NCBI GenBank assembly: GCA_028715785.1
Contig: JAQURC010000006.1
Coordinates: forward strand, 21,630 to 85,629
DNA length: 64,000 nt
Source of the DNA: Candidatus Omnitrophota bacterium
GTDB taxonomy: Bacteria > Omnitrophota > Gorgyraeia > Gygaellales > Profunditerraquicolaceae
Reading direction: 5' to 3'
This document shows, piece after piece, positions 9,887 through 19,563 of the stretch. The number at the start of each line of letters is the position of its first letter. Position 1 is the first letter of the stretch. The position numbers were made by a program, and so were the translations under genes. A model generated the notes under the pieces. That model had not been told where the DNA came from and searched no databases. It saw nothing but the letters and a program-made list of their open reading frames with translations.

Positions 9887-10735
9887 ATGATGAACTCATT
9901 TTATTATAAGGGTAAAAAGATCGTGGTAAATACGCTGATCCATCTTTTCCTGATTAGCGTGGCAATAACCTGTCTTTATCCGCTGCTTTGGATGATCGTT
10001 TCAAGCCTTAAAACCCAGGATATGATCTTTAAGGATATTTCTTTGATCCCGCATCAGTTCCGCCTGGAGAATTATGTCCTGGCCTGGAAAGAAGGGGGAT
10101 TCGGCGGAAACTTTTTTAACAGTATTATTTATACCGTTTCGGTAGTCTTCGGGATAGTGATTATTTCTTCCATGGCCGCCTATGCTTTCAGCCGCTTACG
10201 TTTTGCGGGAAGTAAATTTTTGTTCATCATGTTTATGGCGGCAATGATGATCCCCATCCCGGGAAGTTTTGTCGCCCTCTATGTTTTATTAAATAAACTG
10301 CATTTAAGGAATACTCCCATCGGTTATATTCTGTGCATGATTAACGTGGGGCTCTCCACCAGCATATTTTTGCTGAAAACTTTTTTTGATAAGATGCCCA
10401 AGGAGCTGGAAGATGCCGCGCGCATCGACGGCTGCTCGAAAATCGGGATTTGGTGGCATGTTGCCCTGCCGCTGGCCAAGCCGGTGCTGGCGGTGGTGAT
10501 TGTTTTTAACGCTTTAGCCGTATGGAACGAATATATCCTGGCGCTGATTATTTTTGATAACCGCAAGTTCATGCCGCTTCAGGTGGCCTTGCAGTCTTTT
10601 CAGGGCGAGTTCGTCACCAATTATCCGCTGTTAATGGCCGGATTGACGATTACGGCCCTGCCGATTATTTTAGTATATCTTTTTATGCAGAAGTATATTA
10701 TCAAGGGCGTTACCCAGGGAGCGGTAGTAGGATGA
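9887..10735 (+). CDS. Sugar ABC transporter permease (MalG/UgpE-like)
   Basis: EAA loop ELEDAARIDGCSKIGIWWHVALPLAKP. Multi-TM. Confidence 0.85.
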   Translation: MMNSFYYKGKKIVVNTLIHLFLISVAITCLYPLLWMIVSSLKTQDMIFKDISLIPHQFRLENYVLAWKEGGFGGNFFNSIIYTVSVVFGIVIISSMAAYAFSRLRFAGSKFLFIMFMAAMMIPIPGSFVALYVLLNKLHLRNTPIGYILCMINVGLSTSIFLLKTFFDKMPKELEDAARIDGCSKIGIWWHVALPLAKPVLAVVIVFNALAVWNEYILALIIFDNRKFMPLQVALQSFQGEFVTNYPLLMAGLTITALPIILVYLFMQKYIIKGVTQGAVVG

Positions 10736-13119
10736 GTTGTATAAATTTAAAATTTAATGTGTCATTGCGAGCCCGCAGGGCGAAGCAATCTGGGCTTGGA
10801 TTGCTTCGTCGCCTTCGGCTCCTCGCAATGACACTGCCAGTGTTTTTCATTTGCCAATGTACTGACGTGCTGGCTTCCCAGCCTGTTCCTCCCGCTGCTA
10901 CCGCCAGGCCTTCCTCAAGCGAGTTGACCACTAAGGCCTGGATTGCCCACGGCAAAAGGGATATCGAGGCGACGAATAAATACACTCAGGAATGTATCGA
11001 TCTATACAGTTTCCAAGCGGATAAAGAGCAGGCAGCTTTAGCCGCATTGCCTAAGAATAAAAAAGAGATCGAGGCGGTGCAGGTATTAAACGATGTGGCT
11101 ACCTGTTATTTTATTCAGGCTGAGGGCCTGATGCGCCAGCAAAAAATCGATGAGGCCAAGAAAATATTTAAATTGATCATCGATAAATATTCTTACGGAC
11201 AAGCCTGGGACCCGCGCGGCTGGTTCTGGTCGATAAAACTGGCTGCCGAACAAACGATCAAAAAAATCGAAACCGGCTCGATAGAAGTGGAGCAGAAGAA
11301 AAAAGTCAGCCAGCTTGCGACAAAATTGACTTTATTCGATCCGGGTAAAGAAGAAATTGTCGATTACGCAAAATACGGCGAGTTTCAAAACATCGGGACC
11401 AAAGATTATCAGTATGTTGTCGGCGACCAGAAGGGTTTAATCGAGGCAGCCGGAGAAGGCGTCTACCCCAATAACAGCGCAGTCAGGAAAGACCCGATTT
11501 TTAAGCAGGTGATTAAAGACAAGCGCCTGGAGGGGGATGTCTGGGATTTTCTTTATTCCCCGGATCTAGAGGCGGCATTTGTCAAATGGACAACCTCCAG
11601 CGAGCCGCAAGGGGTGAGATTATATGGCACCGGTTTGATTTTGGAGAAGGCCGGTTTAATCACCCAGGCGATCAAATGCTATTATTCGATTGTCGTGCAT
11701 TTCCCCGGCAGCTACGGCTGGACTTACTGGCATACGCCTTGGTATGTGGGCCAGGCCTCGATTGCCAAAATAAATTTTCTTCTCAGGCGCAACCCGCAGT
11801 TAGGTTATAAACTGGAAGGCGCGCAGATCGATATCATCAATGGTTTTGATAATGATATTTCCAATGATGTTGCGGTGGCTAATCCCGGCAAATTCGTGAA
11901 AGTTGATATGGGCCAGGAAGCGGCCAAGGCCAGGCCTACGGCTGAATCCGTGGGGATTAAAAAGAAGGTAGGACGCGGCAAGGTGCGTTTAGTGCAGTAT
12001 AATAATAATGACTGGCAGCTTCTGGTCGAGGACAAGCCTTATATTATTAAAGCGGTTACTTACGCTCCCACTAAGGTTGGCCAGTCTCCGGATGACGGAA
12101 CGCTTAAGAACTGGATGGAGGAGGATTTGAATAAAAACGGCAAAATCGACGGCCCCTATGATGCCTTCGTGGATAAGAACAGGAACAACATCCAGGATGC
12201 CGATGAGCCGTCGGTCGGTGATTTTAAATTGATGCAGGATATGGGTATTAATACCATACGCCTCTACCATCATCCTTTAAAGGTAAACAAAGAATTAATG
12301 CGCGATATGTATAATGCTTATGGGATAGGCGTAATTATGGGGGATTTTTTAGGTAAATATGCCATCGGCTCCGGGGCTGCCTGGAATCCCGGGACCGACT
12401 ATAACAATGAAGCGCAAAAGAAGAAAATGATCGAGTCGGTCAAAGGGATGGTCAATGAATTTAAAGACGAGCCCTACATTTTATTCTGGCTCCTGGGCAA
12501 TGAGAATGTTTACGGTTATGCCTGCAACGCCAATGAATACCCGGAAGCTTATTTTAAATTCGCCAACGAGGTGGCCAGGATAATTAAGTCTATCGACCCA
12601 AATCATCCGGTAGCCATATGCAGCGGCGATATTTTATTTCTGGATAAATTCGGCAAGAGCGCCCCGGATATAGATATCTTCGGTACCAATGCCTACCGCG
12701 GGGATTATGGTTTCGGCGCTTTTTGGAGGCAGGTCAAGGAACAGGCAGGCAAGCCGGCTTTTATCACCGAGTTTGGCTGTCCGGCATACGCTGAAGGGAA
12801 AAGTGTCGATGAAGCCGAGGAGCTGCAGGCGCAATATCATTTGGGTTCCTGGGAGGACATTCAGGATAATATGGCGTTTGGCGGCACAGCAGGTAACGCA
12901 ATAGGCGCAGTGATCTTTGAATGGCTGGATGAATGGTGGAAGGCTTATGAGCCGGGGATCCATGACACCAAGGGTTTGTGGACCGGGCCGTTTCCCGACG
13001 GATATATGCATGAGGAGTGGCTGGGTGTCAGCGGCCAGGGGGATGGAAAACTAAGCCCGTTTTTGCGGCAACTGCGCAAAGCGTATTATATGTATCAGAA
13101 AAAGTGGAAACAGAATTAA
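10732..13119 (+). CDS. Clan GH-A (TIM-barrel) glycoside hydrolase, secreted; family unassigned
   Basis: GINTIRLYHH, WLLGNENVY (acid/base NE), AFITEFGCPAY (nucleophile E), FEWLDEWWK. ATGA overlap with the permease stop. Codons 1-32 lie inside a repeat element, so Met at 10828 is an alternative start. Confidence 0.6.
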   Translation: MSCINLKFNVSLRARRAKQSGLGLLRRLRLLAMTLPVFFICQCTDVLASQPVPPAATARPSSSELTTKAWIAHGKRDIEATNKYTQECIDLYSFQADKEQAALAALPKNKKEIEAVQVLNDVATCYFIQAEGLMRQQKIDEAKKIFKLIIDKYSYGQAWDPRGWFWSIKLAAEQTIKKIETGSIEVEQKKKVSQLATKLTLFDPGKEEIVDYAKYGEFQNIGTKDYQYVVGDQKGLIEAAGEGVYPNNSAVRKDPIFKQVIKDKRLEGDVWDFLYSPDLEAAFVKWTTSSEPQGVRLYGTGLILEKAGLITQAIKCYYSIVVHFPGSYGWTYWHTPWYVGQASIAKINFLLRRNPQLGYKLEGAQIDIINGFDNDISNDVAVANPGKFVKVDMGQEAAKARPTAESVGIKKKVGRGKVRLVQYNNNDWQLLVEDKPYIIKAVTYAPTKVGQSPDDGTLKNWMEEDLNKNGKIDGPYDAFVDKNRNNIQDADEPSVGDFKLMQDMGINTIRLYHHPLKVNKELMRDMYNAYGIGVIMGDFLGKYAIGSGAAWNPGTDYNNEAQKKKMIESVKGMVNEFKDEPYILFWLLGNENVYGYACNANEYPEAYFKFANEVARIIKSIDPNHPVAICSGDILFLDKFGKSAPDIDIFGTNAYRGDYGFGAFWRQVKEQAGKPAFITEFGCPAYAEGKSVDEAEELQAQYHLGSWEDIQDNMAFGGTAGNAIGAVIFEWLDEWWKAYEPGIHDTKGLWTGPFPDGYMHEEWLGVSGQGDGKLSPFLRQLRKAYYMYQKKWKQN
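10759..10834. repeat. Family B ~75-bp nested palindrome (GTGTCATTGCGAG ... CTCGCAATGACAC), copy 1
   Basis: Outer arms GTGTCATTGCGAG/CTCGCAATGACAC and inner arms CGAAGCAATC/GATTGCTTCG. Overlaps the 5' end of the GH ORF. Confidence 0.85.
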
Positions 13120-13133
13120 AACGGAGGTGTAAG

Positions 13134-14282
13134 ATGAGAAAGTTGTCAGCAGTATTACTGGCTTTAAGTCTTTTGGTCCCGGCAATGGCCGCTTCCGAAG
13201 AAAAAGCCGCAGGCCCCAAGGAGTTTGTGGTCTACTTGGATAAAAACGCCAAGGAGAATCATTATATTCCTAGCGGCTGGATGGGTGATTACGGCGATAT
13301 CAAAATGAATGACCAGTCAGCGGATAATCCGCATGGCGGGACAACCAGCATTCAATTCATTTATAGCGCCAAGAAATCACAGAATCAGGGTTGGGCCGGA
13401 GTTTACTGGCAGAATCCTTCGAACAACTGGGGAAACAAAAAAGGCGGTTTTGACTTGACCGGCATGACCAAACTTACTTTTTGGGCCCGCGGGGCAAAAG
13501 GCGGTGAAGTGATCCAGAAGGTGATGGTCGGCGGGATCAAGGGGACATATCCTGATACCGCGATGGTGGAGATGGGGCCCATTGAATTGACCAATGCCTG
13601 GAAACAGTATACGGTTAATTTAGTAGGTAAGGATCTTTCTTATGTTAACGGCGCTTTTGGCTGGACTTCAACCGCCGATTTAAATCCGGAGGGAGCCGCG
13701 TTTTATATCGATGATATAAAATTTGAGGCGGATGCGGCTTTGAAACCCGAGGGTAAAAAACAACAGGCAATGCCGTTCTATATTTATGCCGACCGCTCAA
13801 CCGCAGCCAACCATTTTATACCTAGCGGCTGGATGGGCGATTACGGCGATATAAAATATGACGGGGCTTCCAAAGAAGACCCGTATTTAGGCGATACTTG
13901 CGTTAAAATAATCTACAACGGAAAAGCCGCCCAAGGCGCGCGCTGGGCGGGGATTTTCTGGCAGAATCCGGCTAATAACTGGGGCAGCGTTGATGCGGGT
14001 TTTGATCTTTCCAAAGCCGCCAAGCTTACTTTTTGGGCCCGCGGGGCAAAAGGCGGAGAACGCATCGAAGAGTTCAAGGTCGGCGGGATTATGGGGGAGT
14101 TTTCGGATTCAGACAGCGCGACCATCGGCCCGGTCCTCTTGAATAAAGAGTGGACCCAATATACTATTGATTTAAAAGGCAAAGATTTGTCGTATGTTAT
14201 CGGCGGTTTTTGCTGGTCGGCAAATGTGGACAACAACCCGGAAGGCGCTACATTCTATCTGGATGAGATCAAGTTTGAATAA
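13134..14282 (+). CDS. Secreted protein with two tandem CBM-like beta-sandwich modules
   Basis: GGAGGTG RBS and signal peptide MRKLSAVLLALSLLVPAMA. Two ~170-aa modules share H(Y/F)IPSGWMGDYGDIK, WAG..WQNP.NNWG, KLTFWARGAKGGE and NPEGA.FY.D.IKFE. A 32-nt DNA stretch is identical at ~13474 and ~14024. Confidence 0.5.
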   Translation: MRKLSAVLLALSLLVPAMAASEEKAAGPKEFVVYLDKNAKENHYIPSGWMGDYGDIKMNDQSADNPHGGTTSIQFIYSAKKSQNQGWAGVYWQNPSNNWGNKKGGFDLTGMTKLTFWARGAKGGEVIQKVMVGGIKGTYPDTAMVEMGPIELTNAWKQYTVNLVGKDLSYVNGAFGWTSTADLNPEGAAFYIDDIKFEADAALKPEGKKQQAMPFYIYADRSTAANHFIPSGWMGDYGDIKYDGASKEDPYLGDTCVKIIYNGKAAQGARWAGIFWQNPANNWGSVDAGFDLSKAAKLTFWARGAKGGERIEEFKVGGIMGEFSDSDSATIGPVLLNKEWTQYTIDLKGKDLSYVIGGFCWSANVDNNPEGATFYLDEIKFE

Positions 14283-15540
14283 TAAAAATAGTAATTACAA
14301 AGCTACAGGTTACAGGCATTTCTTGCTTGCAGCCTGTAGCTTTTTGTTTGTATTTATTTTGTCCGCCTGCCAGCCCAAGCAAGGCGCCTATATCCAAAAG
14401 TTAAAAAATCAACACTACGTTCTTATCGTAAACGCCCGGCCGTATATCGTCAAAGGAGTTTGTTATAACCCCATCCCGATAGGTTCAAATCAGGAGTATG
14501 ACTGGTGGGGTGATCCGAATAAGCCCTGGATTACCGACGGCAAACTGATGAAGGATATGGGGGTCAATACTATCCGTCTTTATCAAGCGCATGAGCATCC
14601 CGAAGAAGTAAGGCAGGTAATCCGGGATTTATATAATTTATACGGCATCCGGACACTCCTGGGCGACTGGCTGGGGTTCTGGGAATACCCCTGTCCTTTT
14701 TACGGCGACCAGAAATTCCAGGATAAAGTAAAGGCTCAGGTGTTGGAGATGGTCAAGCTTTATAAAGATGAGCCCGGGATCCTCGGATGGATTTTAGGAA
14801 ATGAGAATAATTATTCCTGCCTGGGGCATGTCAATCCCTGGTCAAGCCCCGAGGTTGACCAGGAAACAAACCCCCAGAAACAAAAAGCGCTGCGCGCAAA
14901 AATTTATTATTCTTTTGTAAATGATATCTCCAAGGAAATACATAAAATCGACTCCAGGCATCCGGTAGGGTTAGGCAACGGGGAGTTGGTGGGGTTGGAT
15001 TCTGCCGACAAATTTTGCCGGGATGTTGATTTTGTGGCCTGTATAATTTACCGCGGCAAGACCTTCGGCAATCTTTTTAGATCCCTCAAGATGACATTCG
15101 ATAAGCCGGTATTATTGTCCGAATTCGGCGCGGATTGCCACGATGCCTACTTAAAAAAAGAAGACCAGAATATGCAGGCGTTCTTCCTGCAATCCCAGTG
15201 GCAGCAGATCTACGAAAACTTAGCCAATAATAAAACAGGGGCGGGCAATTGCATAGGCGGGACGGTTTTTGAATGGACGGATGAATGGTGGAAGCACAGT
15301 TCGGATAATCCGGAAAGCTGGAAGGTCCATGACACCGAAGGCGGCTGGTCCAACGGCAGTTATTATTTTGACATAAAAGTCCCGGGCGGCATGAATATGA
15401 ACGAAGAATGGTTCGGTATATGCGCTTTATCGGAAAACCTTGAAAATGGTCTAAATAAACGTATCCCGCGCAAGGCCTATTATGTTATCAGGGAATTCTG
15501 GAAGCATCCGGTAATTAAAAAAGCGCATAAGAAAAAATAA
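14263..15540 (+). CDS. Clan GH-A glycoside hydrolase lipoprotein, paralogue of 10732..13119
   Basis: VNTIRLYQAH, WILGNENNY, VLLSEFGADCH, FEWTDEWWK; lipobox FILSAC. The start is uncertain: track 14194 overlaps the previous gene, and Met at 14263 or the in-frame TTG before LAAC are both possible. Confidence 0.6.
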   Translation: MRSSLNNKNSNYKATGYRHFLLAACSFLFVFILSACQPKQGAYIQKLKNQHYVLIVNARPYIVKGVCYNPIPIGSNQEYDWWGDPNKPWITDGKLMKDMGVNTIRLYQAHEHPEEVRQVIRDLYNLYGIRTLLGDWLGFWEYPCPFYGDQKFQDKVKAQVLEMVKLYKDEPGILGWILGNENNYSCLGHVNPWSSPEVDQETNPQKQKALRAKIYYSFVNDISKEIHKIDSRHPVGLGNGELVGLDSADKFCRDVDFVACIIYRGKTFGNLFRSLKMTFDKPVLLSEFGADCHDAYLKKEDQNMQAFFLQSQWQQIYENLANNKTGAGNCIGGTVFEWTDEWWKHSSDNPESWKVHDTEGGWSNGSYYFDIKVPGGMNMNEEWFGICALSENLENGLNKRIPRKAYYVIREFWKHPVIKKAHKKK

Positions 15541-15551
15541 TATAGTTAGGC

Positions 15552-15698
15552 GTGTCATTGCCGGGAGCGCAGCGGTTGCGAGGCGAAGCCGAAGCAAACC
15601 AGCAGCCCCTCGCAACTGGATTCCTTCGCTTCGCTCGGAACAGGCTGCGCAATCCAAAGCGAGATTGCTTCGGGCACTTCGTGCCCTCGCAATGACAC
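15552..15698. repeat. Family B composite (~147 bp) with a nested variant unit
   Basis: Same outer termini (GTGTCATTGCC ... CTCGCAATGACAC). The interior contains a second unit with arms GGTTGCGAGG/CCTCGCAAC plus the GAGATTGCTTCG inner arm. Confidence 0.75.
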
Positions 15699-15713
15699 TA
15701 AAGGGGAGGCAAT

Positions 15714-17267
15714 ATGTCAGTATTTTTGAGATGCACTCTGATAATTTTTTTAAGCATATTTTCATGGGCACCTTCGGTTTATTGCGCTCAAACATCCGGT
15801 TGTTCCGGCATCGAAGAATCCAAATCGAAATATCTGGCGGCCAACCGGTATAATGAATTTGTCGAGTTTCTTGATAATTTTAAGGATAAGGATAAAGTTG
15901 ATCCGCTTTGCTTGAATTATTATAAGGCGCAAACCCGTTACCTGCAGCTCGAATACCTGGAAGAAAAACAATCCTGGGATGATTATTTTGCCAACGGCAA
16001 CAATTATCGCCAGCAATTAGAGCAGAATGCCCAAAAGGTTGTTGACCAGGCCGATGCCGCCAATCCCTTAAGGCCGAAAGCAAGGCTTTTGCTTTGGCAA
16101 TTCCATTATGGCCAGCAGGATGCTTTTGTCCAGGCCTCATTAGACGATCTGGTTAGCGACCTTGGCGCTTACGCTAAAATTAAAAGCGACCCGGAACTGA
16201 TCAAAAATGTTGCCGATGCTCTCTTGGCCGTCGAAGAAAAAACAAAGGCCCGCCAAATTTATAAGCTTTATGTAGATCAGCTTGTCGCAGGAACGATGAC
16301 CGATGCAAAGCTCAAAAGCCAGGCCGCCGGATTTTACAAGGAAGGCAACCTGGAATTAGCGCAGGCTGTTTATAATATTTATATAGAAAGGATTTCAAAA
16401 ACCCCGGCTCCGGAGAAACTCATCCAGGAGTTGTTTGAAATTGCCAGCCTTTTTGTTTATAAGCAGACAGGCTTCTATGATATGGCTTACGCGGAGGATA
16501 TTTACGCCAAGATAGAAAAATTGGGCGGTAAGGATGCTTTTAATCAGGCAGCAATCTACTTGCGCGCCTTTAACTTAGAGAAACTCAAGGATTATAAAGG
16601 AGCGCAGAAGCTTTATTTGCAATTAATCCAGCTTTATCCGGATACCAAGTATTTTGATGAGGCCGTTTATAAAATTGCCATGATCGAGGCGTATGCTTTG
16701 GCAAATATTAATGAAGCAAGAAAATATTTTGAAATACTTGCGGCTAAGACCGTATTCAGCCCGCAGGTTATTTCCAGCCTCTATCAGTTAGGGCTATTGG
16801 CGCAATGGGAAGGCAACTTAGTTAAAGCCCAGGAATATTATGGCCTGTTGTTAAAAAATTCCGCGGATAACCATGTTTCCACCGCGGCCCTTGTTAAGGA
16901 CAGGCTCAAGGAGATAGAAGAGAATAAGCAGCTCGATTACAATTTAAAGACTTTCCTCGACCTGTCTTTAAAAAATGAGAATACACTGGTTGAGCCGGGC
17001 AAGGCAGAATTAAGATCTTCCGGATACCTGCTCGATAAAAATCAGAAAGCCGTAATTTCCTCTTTAGTCGCTATGCCGCAGAGCGGCTGTAATCAAGTTG
17101 ACCTGCAGTATCTCTGGAGCGGCGACTTGGGCGGGGAAAACCCTGCGGTAACCGATGGAAGCTTTCAATGCGCCTATTCCGATGCCGGGACAAAAACGAT
17201 AAATATAGTGATAATTTCGCCCGCAGGAGCCATCGACCGCTTCTTTATAATGGTGGATGTCTATTAA
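15714..17267 (+). CDS. Secreted helical-repeat (TPR-like) protein with C-terminal PKD/Ig-like domain
   Basis: AAAGGGGAGG RBS. Signal peptide ending SVYCAQ. Repeated helical hairpins. C-terminus QYLWSGDLGG...FQCAYSDAGTKTINIVIISPAG. Confidence 0.4.
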   Translation: MSVFLRCTLIIFLSIFSWAPSVYCAQTSGCSGIEESKSKYLAANRYNEFVEFLDNFKDKDKVDPLCLNYYKAQTRYLQLEYLEEKQSWDDYFANGNNYRQQLEQNAQKVVDQADAANPLRPKARLLLWQFHYGQQDAFVQASLDDLVSDLGAYAKIKSDPELIKNVADALLAVEEKTKARQIYKLYVDQLVAGTMTDAKLKSQAAGFYKEGNLELAQAVYNIYIERISKTPAPEKLIQELFEIASLFVYKQTGFYDMAYAEDIYAKIEKLGGKDAFNQAAIYLRAFNLEKLKDYKGAQKLYLQLIQLYPDTKYFDEAVYKIAMIEAYALANINEARKYFEILAAKTVFSPQVISSLYQLGLLAQWEGNLVKAQEYYGLLLKNSADNHVSTAALVKDRLKEIEENKQLDYNLKTFLDLSLKNENTLVEPGKAELRSSGYLLDKNQKAVISSLVAMPQSGCNQVDLQYLWSGDLGGENPAVTDGSFQCAYSDAGTKTINIVIISPAGAIDRFFIMVDVY

Positions 17268-17288
17268 ATCCAGCCTCGCCGAAAACTA

Positions 17289-17342
17289 GGGGACGTTTCT
17301 ATTTTTTCATAGCCTCGGCTTCAAAAAAATAGAAACGTTCCC
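17289..17342. repeat. Family D long hairpin, copy 1 (after the TPR/PKD gene; probable terminator)
   Basis: GGGGACGTTTCTATTTTTT-catagcctcggcttc-AAAAAAATAGAAACGTTCCC, followed by TTTTTC. Confidence 0.8.
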
Positions 17343-17436
17343 TTTTTCTTGAAACTACTTGACTTGAGGCTTCTTTAGTAGTAAAGTAAAAATAAATATT
17401 TCCATTTATTTTTATAAAGCGAGGCAATTCCCTCCC

Positions 17437-18669
17437 ATGCATCTATTAGATCTACAAAAAGAAGATTTTAGCGAAAAAGAAAAACGCAATATCGAGATAC
17501 TGGGCATACTTAGGAAGCAGGGGCCGATAAGCCGCCCGGATATTTCCCAGGAGATGGGGATAAATATAGTGAGCGTTTCCAACTATATCGACGATTTCAT
17601 CAAGAGTAACCTGGTTTATGAAAAGGAGCTTGATGTGTCCGAAGGGGGCCGCAGGCCGGTGTTGCTGGATTTAAACCCGCGGGCCGGATACGCCATCGGG
17701 GTGGGGTTAAACCTGATGAACATGGTCGGGCTTCTTGTGGATTTAAAGGGCAACATTATTACCAAAACTCAAATTGTCCGGCCGCAGGCTTCGGTTAAGG
17801 AAGTCTCTGAGTGCCTTTTAGAAATTGTGCGCGAAATCTTAAGGCGCTCCAAAGGATATGTTGAAAATATAAAAGGTATCGGCGTGGGCGTTGCCGGATT
17901 GATCAATAAAAAAGACGGCTCTATCCGCTGGCCGCAGAAAATGGACCATTATTATACTTATGCCTCGGTAGACCTTCCTTTAAAGGGGTTGATCGAGAAA
18001 GAATTCAACCTGCCGACACTGATCGAGAATGACGCCAGCAGCGCCTGCTTTGGCGAACATTGGCTGGATTTAGGAGGGGCCTATAAAGATGTCATTTATA
18101 TGTTCTCCGGGGTCGGCTGCGGGATCATGATCAACGGGGAGCTTTATCGCGGCTGGCAGGGATATGCCGGCGAGGTTTCCGTTTATAATTATAAGGAGCA
18201 GGACCTTTTTAACTGCCCAACCGGATCCCCCTGTTTTGTCAAACGCTGGGATATGGATTTGGGGATTGTCGATGAGATAAAAGCAATTTTGCTTAAAGAT
18301 AAAGAAAAAGCAGCGGAGTTTTTGCGGGCCAGCTCAACCAGCATAGAGAGCATAGATTTAAAAAGCATATTCAGCGCCTCCCGCTTAAAGAATGAAGTGG
18401 CCTTGACGGTACTAGAGCGGGCGGCCAAAAGATTAGGGATAAAAATCGCTTACCTGGTTAACCTGCTTAACCCGCAGGTGGTAATCATCGGCGGAGGCTT
18501 CGAAGAGTCAGGAGAAGAGTTTTTAAATAAAGTCAGGAGCACGGTTATGGATTGGGCTTTCCGCGAAGTAACCAGTGATTTGAAAATCGTTTATTCTCAA
18601 TTAAGAGAGAATGCCGTGGCCATGGGTGCGGCAAGTTTGGTTTTAGAGAGAGTATTCGCTCAATTATAA
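17437..18669 (+). CDS. ROK-family transcriptional regulator
   Basis: N-terminal wHTH (ILRKQGPISRPDISQEMGINIVSVSNYI) plus a ROK sugar-kinase fold (GVGVAGLINKKDG, ENDASSACFGE). The Cys/His zinc motif is degenerate. Confidence 0.75.
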   Translation: MHLLDLQKEDFSEKEKRNIEILGILRKQGPISRPDISQEMGINIVSVSNYIDDFIKSNLVYEKELDVSEGGRRPVLLDLNPRAGYAIGVGLNLMNMVGLLVDLKGNIITKTQIVRPQASVKEVSECLLEIVREILRRSKGYVENIKGIGVGVAGLINKKDGSIRWPQKMDHYYTYASVDLPLKGLIEKEFNLPTLIENDASSACFGEHWLDLGGAYKDVIYMFSGVGCGIMINGELYRGWQGYAGEVSVYNYKEQDLFNCPTGSPCFVKRWDMDLGIVDEIKAILLKDKEKAAEFLRASSTSIESIDLKSIFSASRLKNEVALTVLERAAKRLGIKIAYLVNLLNPQVVIIGGGFEESGEEFLNKVRSTVMDWAFREVTSDLKIVYSQLRENAVAMGAASLVLERVFAQL

Positions 18670-18687
18670 GCCATAACAGGGGGGATT

Positions 18688-19560
18688 ATGGAACAAAAAA
18701 CAAAATTTATTATTATTGGCTTGATAGTTTTTTCCGTAGTATGCCTTTTTTTCCTTTTTCAGGCGACTAACCAGCAGCAGACGCTGCTTAGGGAAAACAA
18801 TGATTTAAAGAGCGAGAATGCCACCCTGTTGAGTAAAGTTAACCGGCTTGAAAATGACTTAAGAGGAAACCAGAGTAAAATAGATTCTCTTAGAGGCGAG
18901 AGGGATAAGTGGGCCGAGGAGTTGAATGATTTACAGAAGAAATACGAATCAGTAGCCAGGGTCAGGGACGAACTGATTGAGAAGTTAAAGAAGCAAAGCC
19001 AGCGTCAGCAGGAGATGTTCGTTGCCCAAGACGCGCTGAAAACGCTTAAGGCTGAGAATGAAGAGTTTACCCGGCAATTAAAGAGTTTAAGCAGCCGTAA
19101 AATTATTTTGGATCAAAAAATCCAGAGCCTTCAGGAAACTAACTCCGCGCTGGAGAAGCGCTTGAATGAAATGAATACGATGCTTGTCAACAGGATGCCT
19201 CAGGCGGGTTCTCTTGGAAGCGAATCGGATATGATTAAGAGCGGCGTCCCCGCGGCGACTTTAGAGAAAAAAAGAGAGTCTGTGGAGCTGCCGGCAATAA
19301 TAGTGCGGTCATCGTTTTCTCCGGAAAAGCCAGTGGTGCCGGCATTTGGCGGCAAGATCTTAGCGGTAAATACGGATAATAACTTTGTAATTATAGATTT
19401 GGGGTCTGCATCAGGAGTGAAGGTTGGAGATATGTTTAATGTTTACCGCGCGCAAAAATCAATTGGTTCTATCGCGGTAATCCAGATAAGAGACAGTATT
19501 TCCGCCTGCGACATAAAGAGGACAAGTACGCCGTTAAAAATCGGCGATAATATCAAATAG
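18688..19560 (+). CDS. Membrane-anchored coiled-coil protein, unknown function
   Basis: N-terminal TM FIIIGLIVFSVVCLFFLF, ~170 aa of heptad-like coiled coil, and a small C-terminal beta domain (VIIDLGSASGVKVGDMFNVYR). Confidence 0.4.
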   Translation: MEQKTKFIIIGLIVFSVVCLFFLFQATNQQQTLLRENNDLKSENATLLSKVNRLENDLRGNQSKIDSLRGERDKWAEELNDLQKKYESVARVRDELIEKLKKQSQRQQEMFVAQDALKTLKAENEEFTRQLKSLSSRKIILDQKIQSLQETNSALEKRLNEMNTMLVNRMPQAGSLGSESDMIKSGVPAATLEKKRESVELPAIIVRSSFSPEKPVVPAFGGKILAVNTDNNFVIIDLGSASGVKVGDMFNVYRAQKSIGSIAVIQIRDSISACDIKRTSTPLKIGDNIK

Positions 19561-19563
19561 CCA

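Noticed and set aside
13017-13133. Upstream extensions of the track ORFs 13017, 14194, 30278, 31949, 33534, 50382 and 61930
   Set aside because: The extensions overlap the preceding gene in another frame. An internal Met with an RBS and/or signal peptide, or a conserved N-terminus (MRKLSAV..., [11 protein letters not shown]..., MDKKKVLFVC..., MGDPKGFLK...), gives the expected protein.
17390-17411. AAATAAAT-atttcc-ATTTATTT inverted repeat just upstream of the ROK regulator gene, a possible operator
   Set aside because: It is pure A/T sequence and statistically weak in AT-rich intergenic DNA. There is no second copy in the locus.
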